Shown here: piece by piece, positions 28,760-32,283 of the stretch
Layout of the letters: every line of letters starts with the position of its first letter
Numbering within the stretch: position 1 is the stretch's first letter
Source of the DNA: an uncultured virus (IMG/VR IMGVR_UViG_2061766007_001450)
Taxonomy: Duplodnaviria; Heunggongvirae; Uroviricota; Caudoviricetes
IMG/VR virus record: IMGVR_UViG_2061766007_001450
Length of the DNA stretch: 32,283 nt
Reading direction: 5' to 3' (one strand)
The notes under the pieces: model-generated
Seen by the model: the letters and a program-made list of their open reading frames with translations, nothing else
The model's database searches: none
What the model was told of the DNA's origin: nothing
Program-made: the position numbers and the translations under genes

Positions 28760-29524
28760 CTAATTTTTTTTCTGTTGTTTTTTCTGTTGTTTGATTTTTT
28801 CTTTCGCGTATTCGTACAGCGTGTAAAACTCAAAAACAGTCATACTCTTGACAGACGTATTGGTATGCTCCGACAAAGCAATGCAGAGTTTGTCGAAATT
28901 TTTATCAAATACGACTTCCGCGTTATCTCGACCGTAAAACATTCTCGGTTTTACGTGCAACAATAGTTTGTGCGTCAAAATTTCTATTTGTGTAGTATCG
29001 GGGCTTTGCGTGGTGATGCCACGCAATATTAACATCGTCCGCGACTTTAACAAGTCGAAATATTCTTTGTCGCTTTCGTCGTCAAACAACGCGGCAAAAT
29101 ATACTTTTAATTCGTCATCAATCTTTTTTTTTTCGGCATCGACGGCATCATTAACTTCTTTCATTGTCGCTGATTGCAACATTTCTGATACCTTTTGCAA
29201 TGTTGCATCGGTGATGTCGGTCTGCGGCTTTCCGTCAATCTCTGCAACGATAGCGGCAAAGGCTGTCAGTTTCGGCGTGATGTTGTTGCCGACAAACAAA
29301 ATTGCCTGCCGCAAATTTTCAAGTTCGATTTGTGCCAAATCGGGCTTGCCCGCGCTAATATAATACCGCGCCTTATAGAGATGCCGGTCAACGGCGGAGA
29401 TGTCCGAACCAATGCCCGCGTCAACCATCAAACATTTCGTAAATTTATGATAACGCAAAACGGGCATTTCTTCGATTGCATCGTAGATTTTTACCGTATG
29501 CGTTCCAATCTTCATTGTTTTCAT
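28760..29524 (-). CDS. Probable tail assembly chaperone
   Basis: Helical protein upstream of tape measure; C-terminal MTVFEFYTL resembles T-type chaperone domains; central A10 run. Confidence 0.55.
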   Translation of the reverse strand: MKTMKIGTHTVKIYDAIEEMPVLRYHKFTKCLMVDAGIGSDISAVDRHLYKARYYISAGKPDLAQIELENLRQAILFVGNNITPKLTAFAAIVAEIDGKPQTDITDATLQKVSEMLQSATMKEVNDAVDAEKKKIDDELKVYFAALFDDESDKEYFDLLKSRTMLILRGITTQSPDTTQIEILTHKLLLHVKPRMFYGRDNAEVVFDKNFDKLCIALSEHTNTSVKSMTVFEFYTLYEYAKEKIKQQKKQQKKN

Positions 29525-29536
29525 TGTTATTCTATT

Positions 29537-29552
29537 TGTTTTACGTGAAACA
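29537..29552. promoter_or_regulatory. parS: parS-like palindrome TGTTTTACGTGAAACA (15/16)
   Basis: Abuts the stop codon at 29553; allelic to 4644. Confidence 0.75.
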
Positions 29553-29822
29553 TTATTGCAATTTTCTGCAAATAGGCGTTGCCAATACCGCCGTGGCTAT
29601 TACCAACCAATCACCTATTATCGTCGCCGCAATGATGGCAACAATCAAAGACAGCCACCACGATAAACAGAAATCGCAGTGCGCCAACTCTGAAACTAAA
29701 TCGCCGCCGTGGACTTGCAACCATTCCACGATGCCAACCTTTTTGAATAGCAACAAAAAGAATGATGCAACCAAAGCCACGACAACCGCTATTAACAAGT
29801 TAATCATAGTCATTCCTCGCAA
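29553..29822 (-). CDS. Small membrane protein with CxxC (DUF1360-like)
   Basis: Hydrophobic helices and CDFCLSWW. Confidence 0.65.
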   Translation of the reverse strand: MRGMTMINLLIAVVVALVASFFLLLFKKVGIVEWLQVHGGDLVSELAHCDFCLSWWLSLIVAIIAATIIGDWLVIATAVLATPICRKLQ

Positions 29823-30373
29823 ATATCCTCCACTCTGATTTCACCCACAAAACGCCATCCGCAATATGGGTGCATTAAATACTGATTGTCAACCTCGGCA
29901 AGTGTAAAGCCTTGAAAAACATTCTCCGCCTTTTCGTACACTCTGTTAACCGTGAATGTACCGCTTTTTAAAAGCATTGAGTTTAGGACGCGCAAAATGT
30001 CCCTCTTAACCAATTCTTTATTTCGCTCGTCCGTCGGCTCAATGCTGCGCATATCCACCCACACGATGAGGCTAACATTTGCACGGATTTCTATTTTCTG
30101 ACCGCGCACACAATCCACATACTGCGGCTCGTCCACGGTAAAAAAGGAATGGTTGTGCAAATCCTTATCGTCGGGGCTAATTTCGATATAGTCATTCTCG
30201 GCTCTGTACACGTTTGGCAAATAGTATTCTTTGCCGTTGATTTCGTGTACAAGTCGCTCCGCAATGCCAAACGCGAAATTTAACCACGGCAAACCCGCGA
30301 TTAAAGCGTCCTGAATTTCACCGACTACGCGGTCAAGTAATTGCGGATTACTTTTTTTTGGTGCGTCGCTCAT
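29810..30373 (-). CDS. Tail terminator/completion-like protein
   Basis: 187 aa; assignment from position in the neck module. Confidence 0.55.
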   Translation of the reverse strand: MSDAPKKSNPQLLDRVVGEIQDALIAGLPWLNFAFGIAERLVHEINGKEYYLPNVYRAENDYIEISPDDKDLHNHSFFTVDEPQYVDCVRGQKIEIRANVSLIVWVDMRSIEPTDERNKELVKRDILRVLNSMLLKSGTFTVNRVYEKAENVFQGFTLAEVDNQYLMHPYCGWRFVGEIRVEDICEE

Positions 30374-30828
30374 TTGAATATTGCCATTTTTAATTCAACC
30401 ATCAACATAGGATAAAGCATATCCCACGCCACTTTATTACGATTTTCGACGGTCAAGCCGAATATCTCTCCGTATTTGTCATAAAGTTTTTGCGCCTTTT
30501 TGTCGGTCGCCTTGAACCATACCGCCTTATTGTCTGCATATACAAAAAAAGACTTATGAAAAGCCTCTGTATCTCGCAACGTCACGCGATTGGTCGGCTG
30601 TCCTTTTTTTTGCTTGATGCTGATTGTGACGGGGCTGTAAGGTTGGTATGACCTAATTGTAACACCAAGGGCATTTTCACCCTCTTTAAACAGTTGCTCC
30701 TCGGTATTCATAGACACAATTTCCTTTTCGTTGAGGGTGATGCAATTCTGAATTAACCGCCCGCTCTCAACGTCTTGTAAGAATTTCTTTGTACCGTCTA
30801 TCAATCCCGCTATCGTCATAATCAACAT
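30370..30828 (-). CDS. Neck/tail completion protein (virion morphogenesis-like)
   Basis: YSPVTISIKQKKGQPTNRVTLRDT motif and position. Confidence 0.6.
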   Translation of the reverse strand: MLIMTIAGLIDGTKKFLQDVESGRLIQNCITLNEKEIVSMNTEEQLFKEGENALGVTIRSYQPYSPVTISIKQKKGQPTNRVTLRDTEAFHKSFFVYADNKAVWFKATDKKAQKLYDKYGEIFGLTVENRNKVAWDMLYPMLMVELKMAIFK

Positions 30829-30830
30829 TT

Positions 30831-30858
30831 AAAAGCACTCGGTTTTTATGCCGAGTGC
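30831..30858 (-). terminator. Intrinsic terminator
   Basis: GCACTCGG/CCGAGTGC stem with TTTT tail on the minus strand. Confidence 0.7.
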
Positions 30859-30908
30859 GTTAGACAAAAAACGTCAATAAACAAAAAACATCCATCAAGT
30901 GATATTAA

Positions 30909-32225
30909 CTATACAGTGCGATATTTAACGCCGCCATTGTTGCAAGTCAGACAAATACGGTCGAGACCGTTTGTGTCAACTTCAAGGGCATTGTAAATCT
31001 TTTTCAACTTCACACCCAAGCCGTCAGGGTGTTTTGCGTCCGTATTGCCGTCAAGTTCATACAGAATGTCAAGCCTTGACACGTTGGATTGATTGCGGTT
31101 TACCCTTGTGTCGGGGTTCATCGCCATCGTGCGCAATGCAATGTAGGCAACTTGATGCTGCAAAGCGTCTGCAAATAAATTCCTTTGACTGATAATAAAA
31201 TCGGTCAAATCACAGCCTACCGACACTTCACAATTAATGCCATAATTGCAGGTGTTGGTGTAGATATTCCTTTCGATGTCCCACAATTCGGGATATTCCG
31301 CAAACGTCTGCAAGGCGGGNNNNNNNNNNAACTTTGTAATTTGCCGCCACGTTTCAAGGTTGCCGATGTTGCAAGTGCCGCACGGTTCTCTGCTCCAATC
31401 TTTTGAAACGTTGATGCCTTTCATACCCTCGGGCAAGTCGTTTTGATTGTAACAAAGATACCACGCGCCGCCCGCATTGTTGCTGTCTGCAATGTAGGGA
31501 AGATAACAATCGGTAAGCGTAAACCACTGAAAACCGCCATTTGTTTTGGTAAAATCCAAATCAAAGGTTTTAATCGGGTCGGGCTGCGAGGAATGGAAAA
31601 GATACATTTTGACCGTACCCGTTCCGCCGGTCATTTGCAGACCGATTTTCTCAATCTTCATTGTTACACCCATAGACCGCACCGGCACAATCTCAAAGCC
31701 AACAATTTTGCCGCTGTTGTTTTGCGCTGCTGCGATACGTCCCGCGCCATCAAAGAACGTGCGACGCTCCAACAATGATTTTGTTTCGGCTGATGCTTTT
31801 TTCGCTGTCAACCAATTTTGAACCATTTGGGCGATGCCGTTTTTTGTAAGTTTTGTAAGGTAGTCAGTAAGGAAGTTATAAGGCTGCCAACTGCCCGAAT
31901 ATTGCTCCGAATAATCTCCGTGCCAATCGTCGATGGGCGGCTTTTCGCCCGTGTTCGCTGCGGTTGCATACCATACCACGCCACTACATTGAACCTTTGC
32001 GCCTTTTGCATACATCGAGTTAATATTCCATTCGGGGTATTGCAATTTGAAATTGTCGGGGATTATCGCCTTGATATTGTCGAGGGTGCAAAGTGGGTGC
32101 GCATCTTGAAACTTCAATCCGCTCTCGCTCTCTGTCAAGTCGGACAAATAATCGCTCGGCACGTATGACTGCTCCCATCCTACCAAATGTAAAAGCGCAT
32201 CTTGTATGTCTGATAGTCTTATCAT
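30909..32225 (-). CDS. Virion structural/head-associated protein with CBM5/12-like insert
   Basis: Start MIRLSDIQ; follows the capsid gene in the left-hand copy; PEWNINSMYAKGAKVQCSGVVWYA resembles a ChtBD3 module. Confidence 0.75.
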   Translation of the reverse strand: MIRLSDIQDALLHLVGWEQSYVPSDYLSDLTESESGLKFQDAHPLCTLDNIKAIIPDNFKLQYPEWNINSMYAKGAKVQCSGVVWYATAANTGEKPPIDDWHGDYSEQYSGSWQPYNFLTDYLTKLTKNGIAQMVQNWLTAKKASAETKSLLERRTFFDGAGRIAAAQNNSGKIVGFEIVPVRSMGVTMKIEKIGLQMTGGTGTVKMYLFHSSQPDPIKTFDLDFTKTNGGFQWFTLTDCYLPYIADSNNAGGAWYLCYNQNDLPEGMKGINVSKDWSREPCGTCNIGNLETWRQITKXXXXPALQTFAEYPELWDIERNIYTNTCNYGINCEVSVGCDLTDFIISQRNLFADALQHQVAYIALRTMAMNPDTRVNRNQSNVSRLDILYELDGNTDAKHPDGLGVKLKKIYNALEVDTNGLDRICLTCNNGGVKYRTV

Positions 32226-32238
32226 CTCGTTTATCTTT

Positions 32239-32254
32239 TGTTTCACGTGAAAAT
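32239..32254. promoter_or_regulatory. parS: parS-like palindrome TGTTTCACGTGAAAAT (14/16)
   Basis: 13 nt upstream of ATG 32225. Confidence 0.7.
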
Positions 32255-32283
32255 TGAAAAGGGACGCGGGCATTTGAAATTGC

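Overview
Gapped (metagenome-style) scaffold of a tailed phage whose host is most likely a Bacteroidota: TTTG-N20-TAnnTTTG promoters, no Shine-Dalgarno motifs, and capsid and tail-tube proteins resembling, from memory, those of Bacteroides siphoviruses B40-8/B124-14. About 7.0-17.0 kb is a minus-strand early/replication region (HsdM-like methyltransferase, GT32 glycosyltransferase, replication initiator with internal iterons, ERF recombinase, truncated DEDD exonuclease, XRE HTH protein, small ORFs). About 17.2-20.9 kb holds a divergent pair of tail-tube paralogs fused to 26-residue DUF285/BspA-like repeats, plus a second glycosyltransferase. About 20.9-32.3 kb is the minus-strand virion operon (head-associated protein, neck, terminator, membrane protein, probable tail chaperone, holin-like protein, tape measure, tail tip, receptor-binding protein). 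Bases 1-7.0 kb hold the only capsid gene plus a patchwork of variant copies of the right-hand structural genes, probably co-assembled strains. The standout signal is 18 near-perfect (>=14/16) copies of the bacterial chromosomal centromere parS (TGTTTCACGTGAAACA), at gene junctions, beside promoters and inside ORFs, conserved between strain variants, with no parA/parB in the window. This suggests a phage that recruits, titrates or is regulated by host ParB.
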